Assembly: GCA_951406725.2 (NCBI GenBank)
Contig: OX597822.1
Location: forward strand, 10,354,001-10,418,000
Length of the DNA: 64,000 nt
Source: Octopus vulgaris
Lineage: Eukaryota
Reading direction: 5' to 3'
The first letter of the stretch is position 1. Each line of letters opens with the position of its first letter. The translations under genes and the position numbers were made by a program. The notes beneath the pieces are model-generated. The model searched no databases, had not been told where the DNA came from, and saw only the letters and a list, made by a program, of their open reading frames with translations. This document shows, one piece after another, positions 1 through 13,003 of this stretch.

Positions 1-402
1 CGGCGCGCTGGCAGAATCGTTAGCACGCGGGACGGAATGCTTAGCGGTATTTGGTCTGTCTTTACGTTCCGAGTTCAAATTCCGCTGAGGTCGACTTTAC
101 CTTTCATCCTTTCAGGGTCGATAAATTAAGTACCAGTTACGCACTGGGGTCGATATAATCGACTTAATCCGTTTGTTTGTCCTTGTTTGTCCTCTTTGTG
201 TTTAGCCCCTTGTGGGTAGTAAAGAAATAGGTATTTCGCCCGTTGCTATGTTCAGAATCAAAAATTCTGCCGAGGTCGACTTTGCCTTTCATCCTTTCAG
301 GATCGATAAATTAAGTACTAGTTGCGTACTGAGGTCGATCTTATCGACTGGCCGCCCCCCTCACCAAAAATTTCGGTCCTCGTGCTTACAGTAGAAAAGA
401 AT
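1..402 (+). mobile_element. tRNA-derived SINE family A, dimeric form
   Basis: Head ggcgcgctggcagaatcgttagc, B-box-like gagttcaaattcc and core ctttcatcctttc.gggtcgataaattaagtacc. The core occurs twice, separated by the linker tttgtccttgtttgtcctctttgtgtttagccccttgtgggtagtaaag. About 20 related copies are in the window. Confidence 0.85.
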
Positions 403-412
403 ATTATCAATA

Positions 413-875
413 AGGCGGCGAGCGGGCAGATTCGGTGGTACGATCTGAATTCAGATTCCGCCGAAGTCGACTTTATCTTTCATCCTTTCGTTGGTCGATA
501 AAATAAGTAGCCGTTGAATAGTGGGATCGATGTAATCGACCTAACTTCTCACCCGAAATCGCTGTCCTTGTGCCAAAAATTAAAAGTGGTATCGTCATCG
601 TCGTAGTCATCATGATCTGTCTCCTCCCATTTCTCTTCCTCCTTATCAACACCATTGTTATAGGATCGATAGAAACGTTAGAGCATCGGTCAAAATCCTT
701 GGTGATGTTTGTTCTAGATTTTACGTTCTGAGTTCAAATTCCGCCGAGGTCGACTTTGCCTTTCATCCTTTCGGTGTCGATAAATTAAGTACCAGTTGCG
801 TACTGTGGTCGATCTAACCGACTGGACACCCCCCAAAAAAATTTCGGGGCTTGTGCCTAGAGTAGAAAAGGATAT
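413..875 (+). mobile_element. Two further SINE family A copies
   Basis: Same core ctttcatcctttcg..gtcgataaa.taagta and 3' cttgtgcc tail at 413-585 and 660-875. Confidence 0.8.
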
Positions 876-1759
876 TTGTCCTAGATGTTTATATTCTGAG
901 TTCAAATCCTCCTTTGACCATCTCAATCTTTAAAATAAACTCCCAGTCAAGCACTGGAGCGAATTATCTAGTTACCTTCTCGATTCTAGCACTTCAGGAT
1001 TTCAAACTTAAGTCAGTAAAATACTCTTCTTTTATTTCTTGGTTCTTTTTATCCTGCTAATATACTGGAAATAAGAGGTTTAGACGCAGAACATTAAGAG
1101 AAGGAAGTATACCGCAAGGCATTTTTTCCGACGCTCTAACGGTTCGACCAAACCTGAAGTTGATTCTATATATTGTTTAGGCCCAGGTATATATTGTTTA
1201 TACATTTTATATATCGTTGAGGCCCAGGTAATCCCAGAAACAAAAAACTACTAACAAAGACATACTTGTGATCAAGCCTGGCATCTTTTGAAATTTTTTC
1301 GGACAAGTATTCAGGACTTTATTAGCCGATATTTGTTTCATTTTTGACATAGTATGGTGTGGCTAAGAGAGGATTTGGCTTCTGTTTCTAACAGCTGTGT
1401 TGCCTTATCCATAGATACACATCCATTGGTTCCTAAATACTGTTGTAGTTACTGTACAGAACCTCTAAGTAGCCTTGACTCCGATCGACCAACATAAAAT
1501 GAGCAACCAATCCACATATTTAGAGCACTAGGGTAGCTATTATCCACTGGCACGTCAACCAAGTATCCCAAGGCAATATTGATCCAGCAGACACAACATG
1601 AAAATGATTGCCCCACATCTTTGGTTCCCCAAAGTAGACATGATCCAATAAAATATCAAAAACGTAACCACCCAATGTATTGCTGTTTCCTAAACTGAAA
1701 TAGCTAGTTGTTGGGACATCACTCAGGATGCTTTTGAAGTCAGCAGTCACTACAAGCTT

Positions 1760-1905
1760 CTAAGCTCTGTCATATGTAGCAGGGTCGCGATCTAGTTAGA
1801 CCAGGATGTTCTCTTCCTGCCTCTCGATGTGCTTCGAGGGATGGTTTTTGGCAGGGAGTTGTGGCGGGATACACGACGTACCAGGCAAACGTTTGTCTTT
1901 TGACC
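1760..1905 (-). mobile_element. RTE-clade LINE, degenerate C-terminal end of the ORF
   Basis: Frameshifted translation KRQTFAW..VSRHNSLPKTI..SRGRKRTSWSN resembles the RTE C-terminus (KL.WFGHV.R..SL.KTILQG...GR.R.SW..N). Confidence 0.6.
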
Positions 1906-1987
1906 TGTGCAAGAAGTGTTCCAGGTTACCAGCGTAGTAGCAGACTTACTGCCTAACAAAGCTGTCCACCTTATGTTCCCTATACTG

Positions 1988-2538
1988 CAGGGGTTCTCAA
2001 CGATTTCTTTAAATCTATGGACCCCTTTAATTACGACTTCATTCTGGTGGATCCCCATAGTCATTCAGGGTTTAAAAGCTAGTTTTACAGAAACGCCTTT
2101 CAAAATTCTAATTTGTTTTTCGCACATTAACTTATGTCGGTTGAACAATGTAAATCGTCGGATAAAGAAACCAAGCTGTTTCTTGCAATACATACCAATG
2201 CATACATCTAATGCAGGGGTTCCCAAGCATTTTTTAAAAACATCTATGGATCCCTTTCACTACTATTTTATTCTTGTTGACCACCATAGCCGTCCAATAT
2301 TTAAAAACTAGTTTTATAGAAACTTCTTGCAAACTTCCTATTTTGTTTTTCAGACATTAACTTGTTTAGGTTGAACTATGTAAAATGTCAGAGAAGGAAA
2401 CCTAGCTGCCTCTTGCAATACATACCAATACATACATCTAAAGCAAAACTTTCTCTGGGGTCCTTAAAATACTGTTGTAGACCCCCACCACCACCATATC
2501 TTATATAGACCCTCAAGGGCCATATGGACCCACTGGTA
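1988..2538. mobile_element. Possible hAT/Charlie-like non-autonomous element with an internal ~225-bp tandem duplication, inserted in the RTE
   Basis: Starts caggggttctcaac (Charlie-type terminus). Unit 1988-2212 is repeated at 2213-2445 (caggggtt..., tagtttta.agaaac, tcttgcaatacataccaat.catacatctaa). The right terminus is degenerate. Confidence 0.45.
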
Positions 2539-2539
2539 A

Positions 2540-2865
2540 TCGGGATGCGGAACAGCAGTCTGAAGCACCTGTCCCCAAATATCTGGATCCTTCGTTCCAT
2601 GTCAACATTAAGAATCTACGCAAAGGGATTGACGTCATCTGGGACTTGTGCAATCTGAGCCTCGTTGGAAAACTAATGAATCTGCTTTTCCATATGGATT
2701 TCAGCTTCGTCATAGCAGCAGAGACTAAACTGGGTCTTCTTGTTATCTCCTTTTGACGTAGGGTAACATTAATGCATCTCAACATCCACGATGTAACCAC
2801 ACCAATGTATTTATAGGCCCTGCAGCTCTGATTCAGTAGAACCATAGTCCAAGACGTCACCACTC
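2540..2865 (-). mobile_element. RTE-clade LINE fragment (post-RT region)
   Basis: ORF text YKYIG...KEITRRPSLVSAAMTKLKSIWKSRFISFPTRLRLHKS matches the RTE pattern EI.RRI..A..A...L..IWKS..IS..TK.RLY.S. Confidence 0.75.
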
Positions 2866-3020
2866 CTTATACTTTGAAACTTCGGACAGCTTTGAGCCTA
2901 CAAACTTTACAACAAAGGCGTGAATGACCCATATATATATATGATTTTGATATTTTTTTTTGATTTTTCCAGTTTCAGCTAATGAGCTGTGGCCATGCTG
3001 GGGCACCGCCATAATATATA

Positions 3021-3092
<72 letters not shown>

Positions 3093-3100
3093 CATCATTA

Positions 3101-3462
3101 AGTAGTTATATTATTATAGCGTGCTTTCACTTCACTACCGAGCGCAGCTCTGTGTGCCTTGGTTATGTGCTGTGATTTGTTGTGATGCTCTGATGGTTAC
3201 TGTATGGAAAGTGTTCTGCGTTGGATGTGTGCAGTGCCTAGTAGTGCAATTTTCTGTATGTTATATGTGTTTGTAAGTCCTGGTGTTTTTGTTATGTATT
3301 TGTCTGAATATTTTTTTATCATGCCTAATGCACCTACTATGATAGGAATTGTTTCTGTTTTTAGATTCCACATTCTGTATTTTGAAAGTTTCTCCATTTC
3401 TTTTAGAGACACGTTATCATCCGCTGGTATTGATACATCAATTAGAAAGCATTATTTCTATG
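3101..3462 (-). mobile_element. Dong/R4-like non-LTR retrotransposon 3' end (restriction-like endonuclease C-terminus plus 3' UTR) in (TAA)n
   Basis: LIDVSIPADDNVSLKEMEKLSKY-RMWNLKTETIPIIVGALGMIKK...IQKIALLGTAHI; flanked on both sides by (TAA)n, the known Dong target. Confidence 0.85.
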
Positions 3463-3524
<62 letters not shown>

Positions 3525-3526
3525 TA

Positions 3527-4052
<526 letters not shown>

Positions 4053-4053
<1 letters not shown>

Positions 4054-4453
4054 TAGTTGTCAGAGATCATGAAGAAAAAAATGCTTCTAATTGATGTATC
4101 AATACTGGCAGATGATAACGTGTCTCTAAAAGAAATGGAGAAACTTTCAAAATACAAAGACCTGGAAATAGAGGTAACCAGAATGTGGAATCTAGAAACA
4201 GAAACAATTCCTATCATAGTAGGTGCATTAGGCATGATAAAAAAAAATTCAGACAAATACATAACAAAAATAGCAGGACTTACAAACACATAAAACATAC
4301 AGAAAATTGCACTACTAGGTACTGCACACATCCCACGCAGAACACTTTCCATACAGTAACCACAAGAGCATCACAACAAATCACAGCACATACCCAAGGC
4401 ACACAGAGCTGCGCTCGGTAGTGAAGTGAAAGCACGCTATAAAAATAAAACTA

Positions 4454-4458
<5 letters not shown>
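4053..4458 (+). mobile_element. Dong/R4-like non-LTR retrotransposon 3' end, same family as 3101-3462, opposite orientation
   Basis: IVVRDH..LIDVSILADDNVSLKEMEKLSKYKDLEIEVTRMWNLETETIPIIVGALG; 3' UTR ends gtgaagtgaaagcacgctataaaaataaaactactg, followed by (TAA)n to about 4672. Confidence 0.88.
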
Positions 4459-4532
<74 letters not shown>

Positions 4533-4555
4533 GTAATAATAATAACAATAATAAC

Positions 4556-4644
<89 letters not shown>

Positions 4645-5176
4645 TGATGATAATAATAATAATAATAATAATACCATTATTGCTATTTATTTATTTTGAT
4701 GTGTTTGTTGCTTTCGCTGTTACTACAATTCTAGTTATTTCGAGGTTGCTGTTGGTGTCGCAGTTAGTTATTTGTGTTTACTGTTTTTCATATTTATTCT
4801 TATTGTTGTTATTGCTACTTCTGCTACTGTTGTTGTTGTTGTTGTTGTTGTTGTCGTTATTGCCATTTAAACGTCTATTTTCAGGTTGAAGTTCTCATGA
4901 ATACTAAAACATCATTTGCATAAATTTAAACTTTCATTTCTTGTTCGGTTTGTCTCAGATGCTTTCTGCAGTGTGACTGACACGGGAGGTAGAAGTAGGA
5001 GGGAGGGGCGAGGTGCCTGGTTCGCTCGGAGGGACAAGCTGACTGGATGCAATGAGAAAACTGGGAATGGTGTCTCCAGTTCCCATACAAATGCCTCATC
5101 ATACACACGCACGGATTTACACACATACACATGGGTTTGTGCATAAATATATGCGTGGAACATGTATATATATATG

Positions 5177-5225
<49 letters not shown>

Positions 5226-5509
5226 ACAGGTAGATTGATAGATATTTGTGTAAAGATATATATATATATATTTACATATATATATATACGCGCACAAGTG
5301 CAGGTTTGTATGGACATATGTATACATATACATGTATATATGAAGACATATAAATATGTATAAATATAAGCATACACACTTATATATATATATATATGCA
5401 CACATACATAACATTAATACATATAGTTAGCGGTTAATAGATATATCTGCAATAGATGTTAAAAAGATGCAGGTATGAAATCATCTTGAATATACGTACG
5501 AACACTATT

Positions 5510-5882
5510 GGAAGCCCTCCGTCGGTTACGACGATGAGGGTTCCGGTTGATCCGATCAACGGAACAGCCTGCTCGTGAAATTAACGTATAAGTGGCTGAG
5601 CACTCCACAGACACGTGCACCCTTAACGTAGTTCTCGGGGATATTCCGCGTGTGACAAGGCCGGCCCTTTGAAATACAGGTACAACAGAAACAGGAAGTA
5701 AGAGTGAGAGAAAGTTGTGGTGAAAGAGTACAGCAGGGATCACCACCATCCCCTGCCGAAGCTCGTGGAGCTTTTAGGTGTTTTCGCTCAATAAACACTC
5801 ACAACGCCCGGTCTGGGAATCGAAACCGCGATCCTATGACCGCGAGTCAGCTGCCCTAACTACTGGGCCATTGCGCCTCCAC
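5510..5882 (-). mobile_element. tRNA-derived SINE family C (resembles octopus OR-type SINEs), near full length with TSD
   Basis: Reverse complement starts gtggaggcgcaatggcccagtagttagggcag...ggtttcgattccc (A and B boxes). 12-bp target-site duplication acgaacactatt at 5498-5509 and 5883-5894. Highly similar to 20533-20903. Confidence 0.9.
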
Positions 5883-6213
5883 ACGAACACTATTAGATAA
5901 TGAAATGCACATCTTAAAGACACAGAACACGTATGTGTATGTGTGCGTGAATGTGTGTGTGCGGAAGAGAGGGAGAGAGAGAGGGGTATTTTCTGTGGGT
6001 GTATGCAGTTTTAAAAATCAAAACTGTAATTTTAAGTAGGGTATGTATAACATATTTGTAACCTTTTCCTTACTACTTCACAGAAAAATGTAAAATATAG
6101 AAAAGAAATATAAGAATATAATTTGTTATATGAATTCATCAATATATCTTAGGTATGTGTTGCATGCCCCATTGGTTTGCAATCAGAGATAAAGCGTTAG
6201 TGTTACTCGTATG

Positions 6214-6342
<129 letters not shown>

Positions 6343-6500
6343 ATGTGTGTGTATGTATGTATGTATGTATGTATATATATATATATATGTATATGTATGC
6401 ATGTTTTAAGTATATATTTACACACATTTACACACATATGTATATGTATGCATGTTTTAAGTATATATATATACACACACTCATATATGTATATATGTAC

Positions 6501-6540
<40 letters not shown>

Positions 6541-6551
6541 TACATACATAC

Positions 6552-6604
<53 letters not shown>

Positions 6605-6609
<5 letters not shown>

Positions 6610-6753
6610 AGGAGTGGCTGTGTGGTAAGTAGCTTGCTTATCAACCACAGGTTTCCGCGTTCAGTGTCTCTGAGTAGTACCTTGGGCAAGTGTCTTCTAC
6701 TATAGCCATTGGCCGTCCAAAGCCTTGAGAGTTGAATTGGTAGACGGAAGCTG

Positions 6754-6784
<31 letters not shown>

Positions 6785-6839
6785 TGTATGTTTGTATGTA
6801 TGCATGTATGCATGTATGTATATATTATGTGTGTGTATA

Positions 6840-6883
<44 letters not shown>

Positions 6884-6955
6884 TCCCCCAACATCGCTTC
6901 ACAACCGATGCTGGTGTGTTTACGTCCCCGTTACTTAGCGGTTCGGCAAAAGAAT
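6605..6955 (+). mobile_element. tRNA-derived SINE family B (resembles octopus OK-type), 3' truncated
   Basis: gcgcaggagtggctgtgtggtaagtagcttgct head, cttgggcaagtgtcttct, internal TA/TG microsatellite. Confidence 0.8.
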
Positions 6956-7380
6956 AATGTTTAATAGGATGTCCTAGTGTGAAATGGATATTTAGATATT
7001 AAATATTATAGGAAGTAGCATTTTTAAACTCAGGTAAGTGTAGCAGTTATTTAGGAAAGGAAAGTGTTGAAATAAATACAATTGTGAGAAAGTCTGTTAT
7101 AGTAACGAAATTATTTCATTTCTTAGCAACAATTAACTCCTCACAAAACTTATATAAGAACTCATTTTCAGATGATTCAATGCGTGAGTTACTGCGTAGT
7201 CACGTGATCAGCTAAAAATAGCAGCCAGATCTTCTACAACTTACACAGACGCTCACAACTATCGTTTTTAAAAATGAAAGAAACAGCATGTTTACTTATG
7301 TCCTCCTGGAATTTGCTACTCAGTGAAAAACTTTGCGCTATTCGTCCCCAACCATGCTGTTACCGATGTCGACTAACAGT

Positions 7381-7780
7381 TACTCCTTTTTACTCTTTTA
7401 CTCTTTTACTTGTTTCAGTTATTTGACTGCGGCCATGCTGGAATACCGCCTTTTATCGAGCAACTCGACCCCGGGACTTATTCTTTGTAAGCCCAGTACT
7501 TATTCTATCGCTCTCTTTTTTGCCGAACCGCTAAGTGACGGGGACGTAAACACACCAGCATCGGTTGTGAAGCAATGCTAGGGGGACAAACACAGATACA
7601 CAAACACACACATATATATATATATACAAATATACGACAGGCTTCTTTCAGTTTCCATCTACCAAATCCACTCACAAAGCATTGGTCGGCCCAGGGCTAT
7701 AGCAGAAGACACTTGCCCAAGATGCCACGCAGTGGGACTGAACCCGGAACCATGTGGTTGGTTAGCAAGCTACTTACCAC
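7381..7780 (-). mobile_element. SINE family B
   Basis: Highly similar to the 12572-13003 and 55770-56185 copies; (GAGTAAAA)n tail. Confidence 0.9.
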
Positions 7781-7916
7781 TAATAAAATCTATTTCAATT
7801 GCATAAATAGTTTAAATAATAAATCAAAGCAGATTCACTAACATGAGGTGAACCCTAAGTCAACCGCTTACTAAGAACCAGAAGGTCTGCTGCTCTTTCT
7901 TCTTTTCATACATTAT

Positions 7917-8190
7917 TCATTTCTACACACGGCAAAAGGCCCGAAATTTTTAGTGAGGGTTTCTTAATTTATCGACTCCGAAAGGATGAAAGGCAAAGTC
8001 GACCTCGCCGGAATTTGAACTCAGAACGTAAATACAGACGAAATACCACTAAGCATTTCGCCCGGCGTACTAACGTTATTCTTATTTCTTTATTGCCCAA
8101 AAGGGGCTAAACATAGAGGGGGCAAACAAGGACAGTCAAAGGGGCTAAGTAGATTACATCGACCCAGTGCGTAACTGGAACTTAATTTTG
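7917..8190 (-). mobile_element. SINE family A fragments, including the dimer linker
   Basis: gaaaggatgaaaggcaaagtcgacctc core plus ggggctaaacatagagg linker. Confidence 0.8.
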
Positions 8191-8596
8191 GAATTACGGC
8201 CGGTCTTCATGATCCTGTATTTTATCAGACCCTCCAAGATTTGTGCGAGGATGGGAGAAAAATCCTTCGATTCTCAAATTAAAGATCTTGTCTGATGCTT
8301 GCCGGAGAGTGAATTCCGTTAGAAGTCACCCAAGAATCAGGTAGGTGGTGGTGTTAAACGGCGACAGATTATGTTTAACAACCAGCAACTCAGAACATAA
8401 AGACCAGTTCAATATCGTATGTCAATCATAAATCAACCACTCAGTTCATATGCAAATAATTTCAACGACTCTGAAACAATGAAAGCCAAAAATGGTCACG
8501 AAAGGATTTCAACCAAGAGTGCAAAAAGTCGAATCGAACATCACAGTAATATTTTCCGACAATTTAACTGCCCTGCTAATTCAATATCTATCTACA

Positions 8597-8999
8597 AAAC
8601 CATTCGAAGAGCGCAGACCTCCGCCAAGCAGCTTATTTTAAGATAGATACGCGAGTAAAATCACTAAAACAGAAACGAAAATTAACTTTGGATACAGCAA
8701 CGCCACCATAGGTTATGTGGAAACGATGGACGTATTTTCAAGGGAGATAATCAAAGAACGTAAGATTGTAATACTTCATGTAAACTAAATATAGCAAATG
8801 AAAAATCCTTCAAGAATTCATAAAAATTCCCGTATTACTACCAAAATTTTATCATCTGTTCCTTGTGTCATTACCAACTTTTCCTGGAAGTTTCATCAAA
8901 TACCCATCATAACTTTTTGAGTTATTTTGCACACAGACGGACAGATGGACAAACCAACGCCAATGAAAACATAATCGCCTTCCTTGGCGGAGGTAAAAA
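8597..8999 (-). mobile_element. Helentron-associated (HINE/DINE-like) non-autonomous element
   Basis: Subterminal inverted repeats acctccgccaag (8617-8628) and cttggcggaggt (8983-8994); partly palindromic end gccttccttggcggaggt next to an A/T run; short (GACA)-like tract near one end. Confidence 0.6.
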
Positions 9000-9410
9000 T
9001 CAATTCATGAAGCAAAATTTTTCAAAAGATGGTAGAACAACGAACAAAATAGCTATGGTGATAAATACAGTTGTTTACCTTCTGAGTTCAAATCTTGCTT
9101 CAAATCTCGTGATCAATAAAATATAGTAGTGGGGCCGAGCTAATATTCCTATACAACATCCTAGATGTGTATTGAATATTAATAGGCGACTTCGGTTCTG
9201 AATTTCTAAGATTGTATTCTGACGGTTGAATTGTTTTCATTTATGGTAGTCTAAGCAATTAATTCGCAACACCTCAACTTAACATAATTAACAATTGTAG
9301 CATTAATTATCCTCCCATCGCAAGCAAAAATGTTCCCCTTGATGTCAGCCAGGAACCTGTATATTTACAGTGGTTCTTAGTGTACATCTGTACTGCTGTT
9401 TCTATTACTA

Positions 9411-9693
9411 CCATTGCATTAGACCAACCATTAAACACACACACACACACACACTGTTGTTTAGATTTAGAGTTCGTGTATATTTTTATCTGATATTAAC
9501 GAAACTTTATTTAATGTACCAAGCACTGAGCCTTTATATCATGCAATTATGAATATTTATAATCAAAGTTATGCATATTAATTATATAATATTACATATT
9601 CAATGTTTTCTTTTATCATTTATGAATATTCATGATGTTTGTAAACATTTGGAAAATGACAATCTTTTCGAAAGTAAAATGCCGTAAAATGAC

Positions 9694-9745
<52 letters not shown>

Positions 9746-9779
9746 GTGTGTGTGTTTAGTGGTTGGTCTAATGCAATGG
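9411..9779. mobile_element. MITE-like element bounded by inverted repeats that run into (CA)n/(TG)n
   Basis: ccattgcattagaccaacca(t)taaacacacac at 9411 and its reverse complement (1 mismatch) ending at 9779; no clear TSD. Confidence 0.6.
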
Positions 9780-10346
9780 GATATGCTTTTGTTTCTTACA
9801 TGCATTCGTCATATTTTGTCATCGTTATAATGTGTGTGTGTATGTGTGTGTGATATGTATGTATATATATGTGTGCACATTCTTAATGTAATATATGGAT
9901 TCATAGAATCATCCGGCTATCACAGAAAGCTCCTCTAACGGATTCGGCTAACAGACTACCATTGTAATCCAATACAGAGGAGTATAATGCAGAATGACCA
10001 TGCAGCTGATACCAAGAATATCCGATCGATGAAATTATTTCATAAGGGGTATGTAAACATTACAATGGCAAGAAATATGAGGGGTAAATATATTTATTTA
10101 ATTACTTGTCAGTCTAGGATCGTTTCGAAACCTTTTCATGTAATAATAATTTTAGTGCATAATAAATTATGTTTACATGTTTGCACTTAAATGCATGCTA
10201 CGCCTTATGCATTATAATTCTGTATTCACATATCAATGCAGATTAAGAATATTAACTCATCAGATCACCAGAACTGTGTGCATAAATCTAGAATTCAGTG
10301 TTGAATTATATATACAAATATACATACACATACACACACACACACA

Positions 10347-10729
10347 TCTATTATATAAAATCCGTTCTGTCTGTGTGTGTGTCTTCTAGGATCTCGGGCA
10401 TCCCCCATCCAATTGCGCTCAACTTTGATATGTAGATACCGACGGTATCAGGGCATGTATAAGTCTTGAAAAAATAACAAAAATCGATTCCAGGTGAGAA
10501 TTCGATCGGATAAAGCCGTGGGAACGTGCATTTGTAGGCACAAGTATATCAACTGTTGCGATCGATATTACGCGTACGCGAGAAAATGCACGTGCAGTTT
10601 GCGCAAAAAAGGCTGGCTGGCTTGAAATAATGCCACAAAATGGGACGGTTGGACGAGTTGCTTTGAGAAAATTTGTTTTAAATGTTTGACAAGTCACCAC
10701 CGTCCATTAGACGGGAGCCGTTTTGCTCG
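10347..10729 (+). mobile_element. Non-autonomous Helitron
   Basis: A|TCtattatataaaatc 5' end; subterminal hairpin ccgtc-catta-gacgg (10700-10714); ends CTCG|T (variant of CTAG); inserted between A and T with no TSD. Confidence 0.75.
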
Positions 10730-10954
10730 TATATATATATCGTAGCGGTTGGCAAAAGATACCGATAGAATAAGTTCTAGGCCTACAAAGAATAAATCTT
10801 AGGGTCAATTTGTTCGACTAAAGGTGGTGCTCCGACATGGCCACAGTCAAATGACTGAAACAAATAAAAGAATAAAATATATATATATACATGTATTTAT
10901 ATAAATATACACATATATTTATATGAGTGTAAATGTTAATATATGTATATAATA

Positions 10955-11338
10955 TTTTCTACTCTTGGCACAAAGCCGAAATTTTAGGGGAGGGAGCCAG
11001 CTGATTAGAGCGACACAGTACGCAACAGGTATTTAATTTATCGACCCCGAAAAGATGAAAGGCAAAGTCGATCTCGGCGGAATTTGAACTCAGACCATGA
11101 AGACAGCAGAAATGACCTATTTCTTTATTTCCCACAAGGGGCTAAACACAGGGTGGGCAAACAAGGACAGACAAATGGATTAAGCCGATCACATCGACCC
11201 CAGTGCGTAACTGTTACTTATTTAATCGACACTGAAAGGATGAAAGGCAAAGTCGACCTCCGCGGAATTTGAACTCAGAACGTAATGGCAGACGAAATAC
11301 GGTTACGCATTTCGCCCGGCGTGCTTACGTTTCTGCCA
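10955..11338 (-). mobile_element. SINE family A, dimeric form
   Basis: Two cores separated by the cccacaaggggctaaacacag linker. Confidence 0.85.
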
Positions 11339-11340
11339 GA

Positions 11341-11451
<111 letters not shown>

Positions 11452-11524
11452 GTATGTATATATATATATGTGTGTATATATATATATACATATATATATG
11501 TGTGTGTGTGTGTGCGCGTGTAGT

Positions 11525-11565
<41 letters not shown>

Positions 11566-12571
11566 ATATGTATATAACTATGCAATTATGCATGCTTTAC
11601 ATATCTGTTTCCAAACTTTAGGTCCTAGTTTCGTACCTAGATAGGTAGTGATTTAGTTTAAAAGACCGTCTTTTCATACTGGTTCTAGGCTATGTGACTT
11701 TTTCATATAGCTTCTAGAACAAAATCTAAAAATATGCATAAACTCATAAGCACTGCATTAGATCTTTTGAAAAAGTTGCTGATGATAAAAATAATACGTA
11801 TAGAATAATTACATAAATTAGTAAAGTATTTTGAATAAAAAGATAAATAAATAAATAAAAGCTTGTTTCATTCCCCAAATATTTACATATTCGTGTATTT
11901 TATTTTTGAACGTTTTTATTAACCTCAGCCTGAATTAAATTCTGATTGCCTTGGAAGCAACAATTTTCTATCAATCAGTATTCTCGGAACAACTGGGACT
12001 TCCCTTTTTTCTAATTTTGTAGTTAACTACTGCTGTTGATTTTGTTGTTGTTGCTGTTGCAGTTGTTGTTTTGACTTTTTGTTGTAGTAACTTACATGAT
12101 ACATAGCTCACTGCTATGTATCATGTAATTTTCAACTGTCCCCATATGTTTTCAGGCTTGTGAAGCCAGTGAACTGTCAGAATCGTTAAAGCTTAAAAAA
12201 AAAAAACTGTTTTTTTTTTTTCAGGTTCTACCCATTCTAAGTTCAAATCCCGCCCAGCGCAACTTTGTCTTTCATCTTTTCAGGAACCCAATTCAGGCAT
12301 TTTACGTTCTAAGATTTTTTAAAAAATTTCACTGAGGTCAAAAATTTGCTGCTCACTTTTTTCGGCGTTGATAAAATAAACAATCTCTCAAGTACTGGGG
12401 TCGATGTAATCGACTAGCCTCTATCTCCAAATTTCACGCCTTCGGCTTATTATTATCATTATTATAATAAACAGATTCCCAAAATTCCTATGCCAGTTTC
12501 TACTGCACCACAGGCGCAACTTTGCGTCTATGAGGCAATGCAACATTGTCCAACCAGAATGCAGTGCTGTA

Positions 12572-12802
12572 TCTTTTACTCTTTTACTCTTTTACTTGTT
12601 TCAGTCATTTGACTGCGGCCATGCTGGAGCACCGCCTTTGGTCGAGCAAATCGACCCCGGGACTTATTCTTTGTAAGCCCAGTACTTATTCTATCGGCCT
12701 CTTTTGCCGAACCGCTAAGTGACGGGGACGTAAACACACCAGCATCGGTTGTCAAGCAATGCTAGGGGGACAAACACAGACACACAAACATATACACACA
12801 CA

Positions 12803-12841
<39 letters not shown>

Positions 12842-13003
12842 GACAGGCTTCTTTCAGTTTCCGTCTACCAAATCCACTCACAAGGCATTGGTCGGCCCGG
12901 GGCTATAGCAGAAGACACTTGCTCAAGATGCCACGCAGTGGGACTGAACCCGGAACCATGTGGTTGGTTAGCAAGCTACTTACCAAACAGCCACTCCTGC
13001 GCC
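12572..13003 (-). mobile_element. SINE family B, full length
   Basis: Head reverse complement ggcgcaggagtggctgtttggtaagtagc; B-box-like gggttcagtccc; tail ccagcatggccgcagtcaaatgactgaaacaagtaaaagag. Confidence 0.92.

Noticed and set aside
1509-1516. FoxH1 site AATCCACA (also 36473-36480 and 58694-58701) as a Nodal asymmetry enhancer
   Set aside because: Isolated 8-mers at roughly chance frequency; one lies inside a SINE; no clustering.
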